From NCBI GenBank assembly GCA_036257835.1, contig DATAEU010000058.1, forward strand, positions 1 to 58,115: a DNA stretch of 58,115 nt. Reading direction: 5' to 3'. The stretch comes from Actinomycetota bacterium (lineage in GTDB: Bacteria; Actinomycetota; UBA4738; HRBIN12). Positions 1 to 9,709 of the stretch are shown piece after piece; position 1 is the stretch's first letter, and every line of letters starts with the position of its first letter. The translations under genes were made by a program, and so were the position numbers. The notes beneath the pieces were generated by a model. That model made no database searches. It worked only from the letters and a program-made list of their open reading frames with translations, and had not been told where the DNA came from.

Positions 1-1
1 C

Positions 2-181
2 GCCTCGTTGCTCCAGCAGGCCGCCACCGCGCCGCCGTCGGAGCGCATGGCGCTACTCGACGACGCCGAGCAGGCCCGTACGACCGCCGAATCGGTGTTC
101 GCGTACGGCTACTCCGACTGGCTGAACACGCAGGTGCGCGCGGGGACGTTCCAGCCGACGTCGCTGCCGGCGGGCTCCTGA
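2..181 (+). CDS. 3' end of an unidentified CDS (partial, runs off the left edge)
   Basis: Open frame from the window edge to TGA at 179-181 (…AESVFAYGYSDWLNTQVRAGTFQPTSLPAGS*). High GC3. Stop lies 2 nt before the next start. No motif recognised. Confidence 0.3.
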   Translation, partial: ASLLQQAATAPPSERMALLDDAEQARTTAESVFAYGYSDWLNTQVRAGTFQPTSLPAGS

Positions 182-183
182 GC

Positions 184-918
184 ATGGCGGACGGGCTGCT
201 GCTGCTCCACGCGTTCCCGGTCGACGCCCGGATGTGGCAGCCGCAGCTTGAGGCCCTCGACGGCGTGCCGATCGCGGCCCCGAACCATCCGGGGTTCGGT
301 GGCATCGGCTCGGTCCCCGACGTGATGACGATGGAGCTGGCCGCCGCCAACGCACTTCGCGCGCTGGACGATGCCGTCATCGACCGCGCCGTCGTGTGCG
401 GCTTGTCGATGGGCGGCTACGTCGCGCTCGAGCTGTGGCGTCGCTCCCGCGAGCGGGTCGCCGGGTTCGTGTTCGCGGACACTCGGGCCGGTGCCGACAC
501 GGAGGAGGGCGCCGCCACCCGGCGGGCGCTAGCGGCGCGCCTGCGCGCCGAGGGCAAGGACTTCTTCGCCGACGGCCCGCCGGGGCTGCTCGGCGAGGAG
601 GCGTCCGCCGAGACGCGCGCATTCGTACGTTCGATCATCGCCGACCAACCCGCCGAGACCATCGCCGCCGCGTCGCTCGGGATGGCGGAGCGTCCCGACT
701 CGACCCCGGACCTGCCCGGCATCGACGTCCCCACCCTGGTCATCACGGGCAGTCTCGACACCCTCATCCCGCCGGCCGTCACGGCCGAGATGGCGGAGCG
801 GATCCCGGGCGCCCGGCTCGAGCTCCTCGAGGGCGCCGGGCACCTGTCGAACCTCGAGCGACCCGAGGACTTCACCCGACTCCTCTCCGAGCACCTCGAG
901 CGCGCCGGCCTGCGCTGA
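184..918 (+). CDS. alpha/beta-fold hydrolase
   Basis: 244-aa ORF. Nucleophile elbow GLSMGG, C-terminal GAGHLSNLERPEDF typical of the abhydrolase fold. Confidence 0.8.
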   Translation: MADGLLLLHAFPVDARMWQPQLEALDGVPIAAPNHPGFGGIGSVPDVMTMELAAANALRALDDAVIDRAVVCGLSMGGYVALELWRRSRERVAGFVFADTRAGADTEEGAATRRALAARLRAEGKDFFADGPPGLLGEEASAETRAFVRSIIADQPAETIAAASLGMAERPDSTPDLPGIDVPTLVITGSLDTLIPPAVTAEMAERIPGARLELLEGAGHLSNLERPEDFTRLLSEHLERAGLR

Positions 919-958
919 CGGCGCCGGTCATCCGGTGGCCCGTCCGTAGACTGGCTCC

Positions 959-3616
959 ATGGGAGACCCGGAGCGTTTCTCCGCGCGCTATCCGTTCGCG
1001 CTCGACCGATTTCAGCTCGAGGCAATCGAGGCGCTGGCGGCCGGTGAGTCCGTCCTGGTTGCCGCGCCGACGGGGGCGGGCAAGACGGTCGTCGCCGAGT
1101 ACGCGATCGAGCGCGCCCTGGAGTTCGACGGCAAGACCTTCTACACGACGCCGCTGAAGGCACTCTCCAACCAGAAGTTCGGCGACTTCGTCGCCCGGTA
1201 CGGCGCCGCCAAGGTCGGATTGTTGACCGGCGACAACGCGATCAACTCGGAGGCGCCGATCGTCGTGATGACGACCGAGGTCCTCCGCAACATGCTCTAC
1301 GAGAAGTCCTCGACGCTGAGCGGGCTCGTCTCGGTCGTCATGGACGAGGTGCATTACCTCCAGGACCCATACCGCGGCGCCGTGTGGGAAGAGGTCCTGA
1401 TCCACCTCCCACTGTCGGTCTCGGTGGTGTGCCTGTCGGCCACGATCTCGAACGCCGAGGAGTTCGGCGAATGGATCGGGACGCTCCGCGGGACGACGCG
1501 CGTCGTGATCGAGGAGAAGCGCCCGGTTCCGCTCGAGCACCATTACCTGATCGGGCACGAGATTCACCCGATGCACGTCGAGCTGGGCGGCCAGCTCATG
1601 CCGAACCCCTACATCGTGTCGCTCGACCGCGAGGAGGTCCGGTACAAGACCTACACGCGTCGGGGGAGCGGCGGGCTGCAGCACCAGCGGATCCCTCGGC
1701 CGCGCGAGGGGCACCGCCGCGTCTACGTCCCTCGCCGCGAGGAGGTCGTCGACGTCCTCGCGGAGCAGGGGATGCTGCCCGCGATCTACTTCGTGTTCAG
1801 CCGAACCGGATGCGACCGGAGCGTCGAGTGGGTAATGCAGTCGGGCCTCCGACTAACCGACCCGGAGGAGGCCGAGCGCATCCGCGAGTTCGCCGAGATG
1901 CGCGCCGCATGGATGGACCACGACGACCTCGTGACGCTCGGGTTTTACGACTTGGTGGACGCGCTCGCCGCGGGGGTGGCGGCGCACCACGCGGGCATGC
2001 TCCCGGTGTTCAAGGAGACGGTCGAGGAACTGTTCGAGCAGGGGCTCGTGAAGGTCGTCTTCGCCACGGAGACGCTCTCGCTCGGCATCAACATGCCGGC
2101 CAAGTCGGTGGTGATCGAGGACCTGTGGAAGTTCCAGGGCGAGCGCCACGAGCTCCTCACGCCGGGCGAGTACACGCAATTGACCGGCCGTGCCGGCCGG
2201 CGGGGCATCGACCAGCTGGGTCACGCGATCGTCGTCTTCCAGCGGCAGGTGCCGTTCGAACGCGTGGCCTCGCTGGCGTCGACGCGCACGTACGAGCTCT
2301 CCTCGTCGTTCCGGCCGTCGTACAACATGGCGGTGAACCTCGTGCGGAACTACACGCGCGACCAGACGCACCACCTGCTGAACTCCTCGTTCGCGCAGTT
2401 CCTCGCCGACCGGGGCGTCGTCGCCCTCGAACGGCAGCTCGAACGCGACACGGCCTATCTCACCGGCTATCGCGAGCAGATGCGGTGCGACCGCGGGAAC
2501 TTCGCCGAGTACTGGGCGCTCCGCGAGCGCGCCGACGCGATCCGCGAGGAGGCCCGGAAGGGTCGCGAGCGCGTGCGGGCGGAGGCGGTCAAGACGGCGC
2601 TCGCGTCGCTCCGCCCCGGCGACGTCATCTTCGTCCCGCGCGCCAAGCGCCGCGGCCTCGCCGTCGTCCTGTCGAACCGCGAGGGGCGGCCGACGGTGCT
2701 CGCGCAGGACCGCAAATTCTTCCGCCTGTCAAGCCGCGACTTCGACGAGCCGCCCGCCCCGGCGACCCGCATCCCCCTACCGCGATCGGGGAGCGTGCGG
2801 AGCGCGCGTTACCGCCGCGACGTCGCGGCGAAGCTCGCAGCGCTCGACGTCCGACCGCGCGAGCATCGGCGGCGGAGCACCGACGCTGCCGCCGAGCGCC
2901 AGGCCGAGAAGCTGGAGCGGCTGGCCGAGCAGCACCCGTGTCACTCCTGCCCGGACCGCCAGACGCACGAGCGGTGGGCGGCGCGCGCGAGCCAGATCGA
3001 GCATCAGATCCGCGGGATCGAGCGCCGGATCCGGACACGGACCGAGACGCTCGCGCGGCAGTTCGAGCGCGTGCTCGGCGTCCTCGAGGAGCTCGGCTAC
3101 GTCCGCGAGTTCGCGACGCTGCCCAAGGGCGAGGTCCTCGCCCGGATCTACGGCGAGGGCGACCTCGTCGTCGCCGAGGCGCTCGCCGACGGGGTGTTCG
3201 AGGGGTTGTCCGCCTCCGAGACGGCGGCGATCGTCTCGAGCCTCGTCTACGAGTCCCGCGAGCGGGTTCCACGGACCACGGTCGAGCTGCCGACGGCCGC
3301 GGCCGAGGACCGGTTCCGGCTGCTGCAGCGGATCTGGCTCCGCGTCCGCCGATCCGAGGACGAGCACCACGTCGAGCTCTCGCGCGACCTCGACCCGGGG
3401 CTGGCGACGCCGGTCTTCCACTGGGCCGAGGGCAAGCACCTCGATGCGGTGCTCGCCGAGACCGGGATGGCCCCCGGCGACTTCGTCCGCAACGCCAAAC
3501 AACTCCTCGATCTGCTCCGACAGATCGCGGAGGTCGCCGGCGCCGAGTCGGCGGGGAGGGTTCGCGCCGCGATCGACGCCGTGAACCGCGGCGTGGTCGC
3601 CTACACCGGCGTCTGA
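959..3616 (+). CDS. helY: Ski2-like DEAD/DEAH-box RNA helicase HelY
   Basis: 885 aa. Walker A AAPTGAGKT, DEVH box (VVMDEVHYL), SAT motif (LSATISN), HAGMLP, long Ski2/HelY-type C-terminal arch/DSHCT-like region. Confidence 0.85.
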   Translation: MGDPERFSARYPFALDRFQLEAIEALAAGESVLVAAPTGAGKTVVAEYAIERALEFDGKTFYTTPLKALSNQKFGDFVARYGAAKVGLLTGDNAINSEAPIVVMTTEVLRNMLYEKSSTLSGLVSVVMDEVHYLQDPYRGAVWEEVLIHLPLSVSVVCLSATISNAEEFGEWIGTLRGTTRVVIEEKRPVPLEHHYLIGHEIHPMHVELGGQLMPNPYIVSLDREEVRYKTYTRRGSGGLQHQRIPRPREGHRRVYVPRREEVVDVLAEQGMLPAIYFVFSRTGCDRSVEWVMQSGLRLTDPEEAERIREFAEMRAAWMDHDDLVTLGFYDLVDALAAGVAAHHAGMLPVFKETVEELFEQGLVKVVFATETLSLGINMPAKSVVIEDLWKFQGERHELLTPGEYTQLTGRAGRRGIDQLGHAIVVFQRQVPFERVASLASTRTYELSSSFRPSYNMAVNLVRNYTRDQTHHLLNSSFAQFLADRGVVALERQLERDTAYLTGYREQMRCDRGNFAEYWALRERADAIREEARKGRERVRAEAVKTALASLRPGDVIFVPRAKRRGLAVVLSNREGRPTVLAQDRKFFRLSSRDFDEPPAPATRIPLPRSGSVRSARYRRDVAAKLAALDVRPREHRRRSTDAAAERQAEKLERLAEQHPCHSCPDRQTHERWAARASQIEHQIRGIERRIRTRTETLARQFERVLGVLEELGYVREFATLPKGEVLARIYGEGDLVVAEALADGVFEGLSASETAAIVSSLVYESRERVPRTTVELPTAAAEDRFRLLQRIWLRVRRSEDEHHVELSRDLDPGLATPVFHWAEGKHLDAVLAETGMAPGDFVRNAKQLLDLLRQIAEVAGAESAGRVRAAIDAVNRGVVAYTGV

Positions 3617-3676
3617 GCCGAGCGGCGGGTCCGCGCCCCACCGGGACGGGCCCGTCCGCCGATAGGATTGGTTGCC

Positions 3677-4603
3677 ATGCCGAGCGCGTTCGGACCGCTC
3701 ACCGTCATCGTCAACCCGCACGCCGGGAAGCGCCGCGTCGGCGACGAGATCCCCGAGCTCGAGCGGACCCTCCAGGCTCGCGGCCTGCCCTACGAGCTCC
3801 GCCGGACGGAGGGTCCGGGGGACGCCACGCGGTTCGCGCGCGAAACGCTCGAGGCGGGGGGACGGTTCGTGGTCGCCGTCGGCGGCGACGGAACGGTGCA
3901 CGAGGTCGTGAACGGGATGATGGACGGCGGACGGCCGCTGGTCGCGGACGCCGTGCTCGGCGTCGTCGCGGCCGGGAGCGGCTGCGACCTGGTGCGGACA
4001 TTCGGACTCCCCGGCGACGTCACGCGGTCGTGCCAGCACCTGCTCGGCGACAACACGTACCCCCTCGACATCGGCCAGCTGACGTATACCGACCGGGACG
4101 GGACACGCGTCACACGCTACTTCCCGAACGTCGCCGAGGCCGGGCTCGGGGCCGCCGTGACGGCTCGCTCCGGTCGGCTGCCGCGATGGCTCGGGCAGGC
4201 GAAGTACTTCGCGGCGTTCTGGCTCACGCTTCCGCGGTACGACCTGGCGCAGGTGAGGATCCAGGCCGATCGGCGCTCCTACGAGGGACCGGCGCTGATG
4301 ATCATCGTGGGCAACTGTCAGTACTACGGGGGCGGGATGAAGATCTCGCCCCGCTCGTATCCCGGCGACGGCGTGCTCGATGTGCTGCTGTTCACCGGGC
4401 CGAAGTCGGACGCATTCACGCTGCTCCCGCGGGTGTACCGAGGCGAGCACGTCCCGCACGACCACATCAAGGAGTTCCGCGTGAAGCACGAGTTGACGAT
4501 CGAGGCCGACCGACCACTGCCGCTCGAGGCCGACGGTGAGGTGCTCGGGTCCACGCCCGCAACGTTCGAGGTCGTTCCCCAGGCGATCCGGATGAAGCTG
4601 TGA
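3677..4603 (+). CDS. diacylglycerol/lipid kinase family protein (YegS/DagK-like)
   Basis: VIVNPHAGKRR and GGDGTVHEVVNG motifs. ATG at 3677 has AGGA 9 nt upstream; the track ORF starts at TTG 3668. Confidence 0.8.
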   Translation: MPSAFGPLTVIVNPHAGKRRVGDEIPELERTLQARGLPYELRRTEGPGDATRFARETLEAGGRFVVAVGGDGTVHEVVNGMMDGGRPLVADAVLGVVAAGSGCDLVRTFGLPGDVTRSCQHLLGDNTYPLDIGQLTYTDRDGTRVTRYFPNVAEAGLGAAVTARSGRLPRWLGQAKYFAAFWLTLPRYDLAQVRIQADRRSYEGPALMIIVGNCQYYGGGMKISPRSYPGDGVLDVLLFTGPKSDAFTLLPRVYRGEHVPHDHIKEFRVKHELTIEADRPLPLEADGEVLGSTPATFEVVPQAIRMKL

Positions 4604-5700
4604 CCGACGTCGCCCCCTACGCCGAGCGCCGCCGCCGCGCCGTCGAGGCCCTCGAGGGCGCGGGTCTCGACGGGCTCGTCGTCACGCCGGGACCCGACCT
4701 CCGCTACTTGACCGGCTACGACGCCCTGCCGTTCGAACGCCTCACGATGCTCCGCCTCGCACCGGCCAAGGATCCCGTCATGCTGGCGCCCGGGCTCGAG
4801 CGTGCGGCCGCCGCGGCGGCCGACGGGATCGAGGGCATCGAGCTGACGACGTGGGCCGACGGGGACGACGTGTACGCCGCCGCCGCCGCGCTGCTCGGTC
4901 CGGGCCGATACGCGGTCAGCGACCGGATGTGGTCCGTTCACCTGCTCGGGTTCCAGTCCGTCGTCCGCGACGCGACGTTCGTAGCCGCCAGCCGCGGGCT
5001 GCCGCCACTGCGGGCAGTCAAGGATGCGGGCGAGGTCGCGGCGCTCGCGCGCGCGGGCGCCGCCGCAGACCTGGTCTTCGCGTCGATCGTGACGAGCCCG
5101 TTCGCCGGCCGGACGGAGCGCGACGTCGCGATCGAGCTCGGCGAGCTCCTGCGCGCGAACGGGCACGAGACGGCCGGCTTCGCGATCGTCGGCTCTGGCC
5201 CGAACGGCGCGTCACCGCACCACGACGCCGAGGACCGGCGCATCCGGCCCGGCGAGGCCGTGGTCCTGGACTTCGGCGGGTTCGCCGACGGGTACGGCTC
5301 GGACATCACGCGAACGGTCGTCGTGGGCGAGCCGCCTGCAGGGTTCGAGGAGGCGTACGAGACGGTCCGGCGGGCGCAGCAGGCGGCGTTCGAGACCGTC
5401 CGCCCGGGCGTCGCGTGCGAGAACGTGGACCGCGCCGCGCGAGCGGTCGTCGAGGCGGCCGGGTTCGGCGAGCGGTTCATCCATCGCACCGGCCACGGCA
5501 TCGGGCTCGAGACGCACGAGGATCCCTACATCGTCGAGGGCAACCGGATGCCGCTGCGCGAGGGGATGACGTTCTCGATCGAGCCCGGGATCTACCTCGA
5601 GGACCGGTTCGGTGTGCGGATCGAGGACATCGTCGCCGTCACCGCCGACGGCGCGCGCAGGTTGAACGAGGCGCCGCGCGATCTCCAGATCGTCGAGTAG
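4600..5700 (+). CDS. M24-family Xaa-Pro peptidase
   Basis: 366 aa. Creatinase-like N-domain plus pita-bread metal ligands (LDFGG…DITRT, HRTGHGIGLETHE, SIEPGIY, RIED). GTG start overlaps the upstream stop (GTGA at 4600-4603). Confidence 0.8.
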   Translation: MTDVAPYAERRRRAVEALEGAGLDGLVVTPGPDLRYLTGYDALPFERLTMLRLAPAKDPVMLAPGLERAAAAAADGIEGIELTTWADGDDVYAAAAALLGPGRYAVSDRMWSVHLLGFQSVVRDATFVAASRGLPPLRAVKDAGEVAALARAGAAADLVFASIVTSPFAGRTERDVAIELGELLRANGHETAGFAIVGSGPNGASPHHDAEDRRIRPGEAVVLDFGGFADGYGSDITRTVVVGEPPAGFEEAYETVRRAQQAAFETVRPGVACENVDRAARAVVEAAGFGERFIHRTGHGIGLETHEDPYIVEGNRMPLREGMTFSIEPGIYLEDRFGVRIEDIVAVTADGARRLNEAPRDLQIVE

Positions 5701-5717
5701 GAGGCTCGCCGGCAGCC

Positions 5718-7106
5718 TCAGCGCTGCGGGCGGATCTTGGTGCCCTCCGGCGAGTCCATGACCTCGAGACCCATCGCCTGCAGTAAGGAGCGGATCTCGT
5801 CCGCCCGCGCGAAGTCCCGGGCCGCGCGGGCGGCGTCTCGCTCCACAACGAGGTCCCGCATCTCAGCGGTCGGCGCCCAGGCCTCGCGCACGTCACGCAG
5901 CAGGTCGAGCCCGAGCACCACGTCCCACGACGACACCAACGCGGCCTTCTCCCCGTCGAGGATCGAGGAGGAGACCGTCTCGTTCAGCACGACGAGGGCT
6001 CTCGGCATGTCGAGGTCGTCGGCGACGGCCTCCCGGAACCGGCGATCGGATTCCCGCGCCTGCGGCGAGAGCGATGCCGCCGGAGCGCCCCACGCGACCA
6101 TGCGTTGCCGGAGGTCGTGCAGGCGGCGGTTCTGTCCCTCGAGTGCCTCCCAGCTGAAATCCATCTCACTGCGGTAGCGCGTCCCCAGGCACAGGAGACG
6201 ATAGGCAAGCGGATCCAGACCTTGCTCGGCCAGGTCGGTGACCCGTTTGATGTTCCGGGCTGACTTCGCCATCTTCTGCCCGCCCATCTGAAGGAACCCG
6301 CCGTGCACCCAGATCGAGACGACCTGGTGTCCCACCGCGCCCTCGGATTGCGCGATCTCGTCCTCGTGGTGCGGAAACTTGTTGTCGTTTCCCCCCGTGT
6401 GGATGTCGAACCGGTCTCCGAGATGCTTCATCGACATCGCGGAGCACTCGATATGCCATCCGGGATAGCCTTCGCCCCACGGGCTCGGCCACTTCAGCGC
6501 ACGGTTCGGCCCTGCCTTCTTCCACAGGGCAAAGTCCTCGGGGTGGCGCTTGTTCGGATCCGCGGCGAGCTCCTGCCGGTGCCCGGCGCGGAGTTGCTCC
6601 AGGGTGTTGCCCGACAGCTTCCCGTAGCCGGGGAACGTCGTGACGTCGTAGTAGACGTTCCCGTCGGCCTCGTAGGCGTGTCCGTTGTCCAGCAGCCGCT
6701 GGATCAGCCCGATCATCTCGGGGATGTGATCGGTGGCCCTCGGGTACATGTCCGCGCGCTCGATCCCCACGAGATCCGCGTCCTCGAGGAACGCCTCGGT
6801 GTACTTCGTGGCGATCTCGGCAGCCGAGAGCCCTTCGTCGGCCTCCGCGAGCTCCATCTTGTCGCGCCCCGTGTCGCTCACCTCGTCCGTCATGTGCCCG
6901 ACATCGGTGATGTTCATGATCCAGCGCACCTCGCGGCCCTCGAATCGCAGGGCGCGCCGAATGAGATCGCCGAGCATGAACGACCGCATGTTCCCGATGT
7001 GGATGTACCGGTAGACGGTCGGGCCGCACGAGTAGACCTTGACGGTTGTGCCGTCCACGGGTTCTACGTCGTGGACGGCACGCGTGAGCGAGTCGTAAAG
7101 GCGCAT
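5718..7106 (-). CDS. cysS: cysteine--tRNA ligase
   Basis: 462 aa. CGPTVYRYIHIGN (HIGH region), KMAKS, WHIECS zinc site. Confidence 0.95.
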   Translation of the reverse strand: MRLYDSLTRAVHDVEPVDGTTVKVYSCGPTVYRYIHIGNMRSFMLGDLIRRALRFEGREVRWIMNITDVGHMTDEVSDTGRDKMELAEADEGLSAAEIATKYTEAFLEDADLVGIERADMYPRATDHIPEMIGLIQRLLDNGHAYEADGNVYYDVTTFPGYGKLSGNTLEQLRAGHRQELAADPNKRHPEDFALWKKAGPNRALKWPSPWGEGYPGWHIECSAMSMKHLGDRFDIHTGGNDNKFPHHEDEIAQSEGAVGHQVVSIWVHGGFLQMGGQKMAKSARNIKRVTDLAEQGLDPLAYRLLCLGTRYRSEMDFSWEALEGQNRRLHDLRQRMVAWGAPAASLSPQARESDRRFREAVADDLDMPRALVVLNETVSSSILDGEKAALVSSWDVVLGLDLLRDVREAWAPTAEMRDLVVERDAARAARDFARADEIRSLLQAMGLEVMDSPEGTKIRPQR

Positions 7107-7162
7107 CGCGAAAGGATAACCGGACCCTCAGCCCGAACCTCGCGGCGCGGGGCCTGGGGCCG

Positions 7163-9004
7163 CTACGGCGTGTCGGGGCGGGGCGGGAGCTCGCCGTTGG
7201 CGCCCGGGCCGTGCCCGTTGCCGCCGCCCGAGCCGAGCATCGGCCGCCCGGGCCTGCCGTCGCCGGGCAACACCGCCGCGATCTCGATCGGCTCGCGCTC
7301 GCCGAGGTCGGCCATCAGCGCCTCGATCTCGTCGCCGATCAGCTCCTCGCGCTCGAGCAGCGCGTCTCGGACGCCCTCGACCGCGTGGCGCTTTTGCTGA
7401 AGGAGCGTCCGGACGCGGTTCCGGCATTCCTCGAGGATCGCGTCGATCTCCTTGCGGCGCTCGGGGTCCGACAGGATGGCGCGGATCGGATCGCCGTCCA
7501 TCATGGTCGGCGCCATCGCGCCGACAGAAACGAGGCTCTTGCCCATCCCGAACAGCCCGACGTACGCCGCCGCATTGCGCGTGGCGTTCACCAGATCCGA
7601 AGACGGCCCCGTCGTGGTCTGTCCGAACCAGATCTCCTCGCCGACCAGCCCGGCGAGCGAGACCTGGATCCGCGCGAGCAGCTGCTTCTGCGTTCGCAGG
7701 AACATCTCCTCGATCTCCTGCGTCGACACCAGGCCGAGCGCCGACTCGCGTTTCTGGATCGTGATGACCTGGATCTGCATGTCCTCCCGCTCGAGCGAGT
7801 ACGAGGCGACCGCGTGGGAGGCCTCGTGCAGCGCGACCATCTCCTTCTCGCGCGGCGAGTACTTGACCGGCTGCTTGAGACCGATCTCCTCGGCCAGCTT
7901 TGCCTGCCACAGGTCGTCCCACCGCAACGCGTCGCGCCCGTCCTGAAGCGCGAAGATCAGCCCCTCGTTGACGATGTTCTGGATCATCGCGGGCGAGTAC
8001 CCGGTCATCATCCGCGCGAGCTTATTGACGTCGACCGGCTCGTGGCGCACCTTGGCGAGGTAGTACTTCGCGATGTCCGCCCGTCCCTCGGCATCGGGCA
8101 GGCCGACGTGGATCTTGCGGTCGAACCGCCCCGGCCGCAGGAGCGCCGGATCGAGCGTGGCGGCGCGGTTCGTCGCGCCGATGACCAGGATGTTGTAGTG
8201 CGGGACCCTGGGCCTGCCCATCCGCAGCATGCGTCGCAGGTGCCGCCACAGGCCCTTCGGGGCCGTGAAGCCATCCATGTTGACGAGGAGCTCGTTCACG
8301 ATGCCCATGCCGGCCCCGCCCATGCCCATGCCGCCCATCATGACGCGGTGCGTCGTGGAGGGCTCCTGGTACTCGCGAGCCTGCTGCGAGATCTCCCCGC
8401 GCGCGGCGCCGAGCGCGTCGAGCTCGTCGATGAAGATCACGGCGCCGCCGTACTTGTCGGACATCGACCGGGCGCGCGCGAACATACGGCGGACCTTCAT
8501 GTTGCCGATCCCGAAGAACATATTCATGAACCGGCTGCCGTCGGCGATCAGGATCGGCACACTCGATGCGCCGGCGATCGCCTTGGCCATGAGCGTCTTC
8601 CCGGTTCCGGGCGGCCCCTCGAACAGGATGCCGTGCGGCGGGTACCCGCCCATCTGCTTGAAGTCCTTGAAGCCCTGGAAGAGCCGGAGGACCTCCTTGG
8701 AGGATTCGACCGCCGCCGGCTGTCCCCGGACGTCATCGAACGTCTTGTCGTACTCGTTCGGGTAGATCGTGTAGTACGTGCCGCGCATCAGGAACGCGAA
8801 CATGGCGGCGAACTGCACCACCATGAACATCGAGAGGAACAGCAGCGTCACGAGCAGCTGTCGGTAGGACGCCATCGTGCTGCCGGGATGGAAGAGGCCG
8901 GTCGAGGGCGAGACGCCGAGGAACAGGTACCCGACGGCGACGTAGACGATCACGAAGATGATCGCGCGCTTGATCCAGCGCCAGTAGCGACGGTACGCGT
9001 CCAT
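7163..9004 (-). CDS. FtsH-like AAA+ zinc metalloprotease (atypical paralogue)
   Basis: 613 aa. Two closely spaced N-terminal TM helices, Walker A GPPGTGKT, Walker B VIFIDELDA, SRH ATNRAATLDPALLRPGRFDR, protease HEASHAV. Also a Met/Gly-rich insertion and a Gly/Pro-rich tail. Confidence 0.8.
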   Translation of the reverse strand: MDAYRRYWRWIKRAIIFVIVYVAVGYLFLGVSPSTGLFHPGSTMASYRQLLVTLLFLSMFMVVQFAAMFAFLMRGTYYTIYPNEYDKTFDDVRGQPAAVESSKEVLRLFQGFKDFKQMGGYPPHGILFEGPPGTGKTLMAKAIAGASSVPILIADGSRFMNMFFGIGNMKVRRMFARARSMSDKYGGAVIFIDELDALGAARGEISQQAREYQEPSTTHRVMMGGMGMGGAGMGIVNELLVNMDGFTAPKGLWRHLRRMLRMGRPRVPHYNILVIGATNRAATLDPALLRPGRFDRKIHVGLPDAEGRADIAKYYLAKVRHEPVDVNKLARMMTGYSPAMIQNIVNEGLIFALQDGRDALRWDDLWQAKLAEEIGLKQPVKYSPREKEMVALHEASHAVASYSLEREDMQIQVITIQKRESALGLVSTQEIEEMFLRTQKQLLARIQVSLAGLVGEEIWFGQTTTGPSSDLVNATRNAAAYVGLFGMGKSLVSVGAMAPTMMDGDPIRAILSDPERRKEIDAILEECRNRVRTLLQQKRHAVEGVRDALLEREELIGDEIEALMADLGEREPIEIAAVLPGDGRPGRPMLGSGGGNGHGPGANGELPPRPDTP

Positions 9005-9130
9005 GAGCCGATACCCCCGGGGGCTGGCAGGCCCGCCGCGCGGGCCGTTCTCGAAGCCAGCAGTGTACGCCCCGAGTGGTGCCCAGGACGAGGAAGCCCG
9101 CCCCGGGGACGCCGGGGGACCTCGAGCTCG

Positions 9131-9574
9131 TCAGGGGATGACCGCGCGGCCCTCGAACGGGGTTGACAGCACGATCGTCGTGCGCGTCTGGACCCCACCC
9201 TTCTCGCGCAGGCGGCGGATCAGGTCCTCGAGATGCGAGGTGGTCCGGGTGCGAACCTTCAGGATGTAGTTGGCCTCGCCCGCTACGCTCAAACAGTCCT
9301 CGACCTCGCCGAACTCGCGCACCCGCTCGGGGAGGTCGTCCGGCTGCATGGGGTCGAGCGGCGTGACCGCGATCAGCGCCGTGACGAACAGCCCCATCGA
9401 CTCGGGATCCACGACGGCCCGGTACCCGCGGATGACGCAGGCCTGCTCGAGCTTTCGGACGCGATCGTGCACGGACGAGGGTGACAGGCCGACGCGCCGG
9501 CCGACGTCCGCGTAGGTGGCCCGGGCGTCCTCCTGCAGCGCCGCGATGATTGCGAGGTCGCGTTCGTCGAGCAC
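9131..9574 (-). CDS. Lrp/AsnC-family transcriptional regulator
   Basis: 147 aa. N-terminal HTH (DLAIIAALQEDARATYADVGRRVGLSPSSVHDRVRKLE) plus a RAM/AsnC C-domain. Confidence 0.85.
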   Translation of the reverse strand: MLDERDLAIIAALQEDARATYADVGRRVGLSPSSVHDRVRKLEQACVIRGYRAVVDPESMGLFVTALIAVTPLDPMQPDDLPERVREFGEVEDCLSVAGEANYILKVRTRTTSHLEDLIRRLREKGGVQTRTTIVLSTPFEGRAVIP

Positions 9575-9677
9575 CCCGGCATGATACGGAGCCGCAGGGC
9601 GGGGGACGCGGTTCGCCTCCGGGCGGCCGATTGCCCTCGCACCGTCTCACCGGCACACTCCGCTCGACGCGCCTCGA

Positions 9678-9706
9678 CCTCTCCCGTCGGCGCGAGAGGG
9701 GAGAGG
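9678..9706 (+). promoter_or_regulatory. hairpin that pairs the RT-gene Shine-Dalgarno with an upstream anti-SD
   Basis: CCTCTCCC (9678-9685) and GGGAGAGG (9699-9706) are perfect complements with a 13-nt loop. GGGAGAGG sits 3 nt before GTG 9710. Confidence 0.35.
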
Positions 9707-9709
9707 ATC

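Noticed and set aside
1384-4539. 1051-aa (+) and 570-aa (-, 2777-4489) ORFs overlapping helY and the lipid kinase gene
   Set aside because: These are Arg/Pro/Gly-rich alternative-frame artefacts. The helY and DagK frames carry the recognisable motifs and the GC3 bias.
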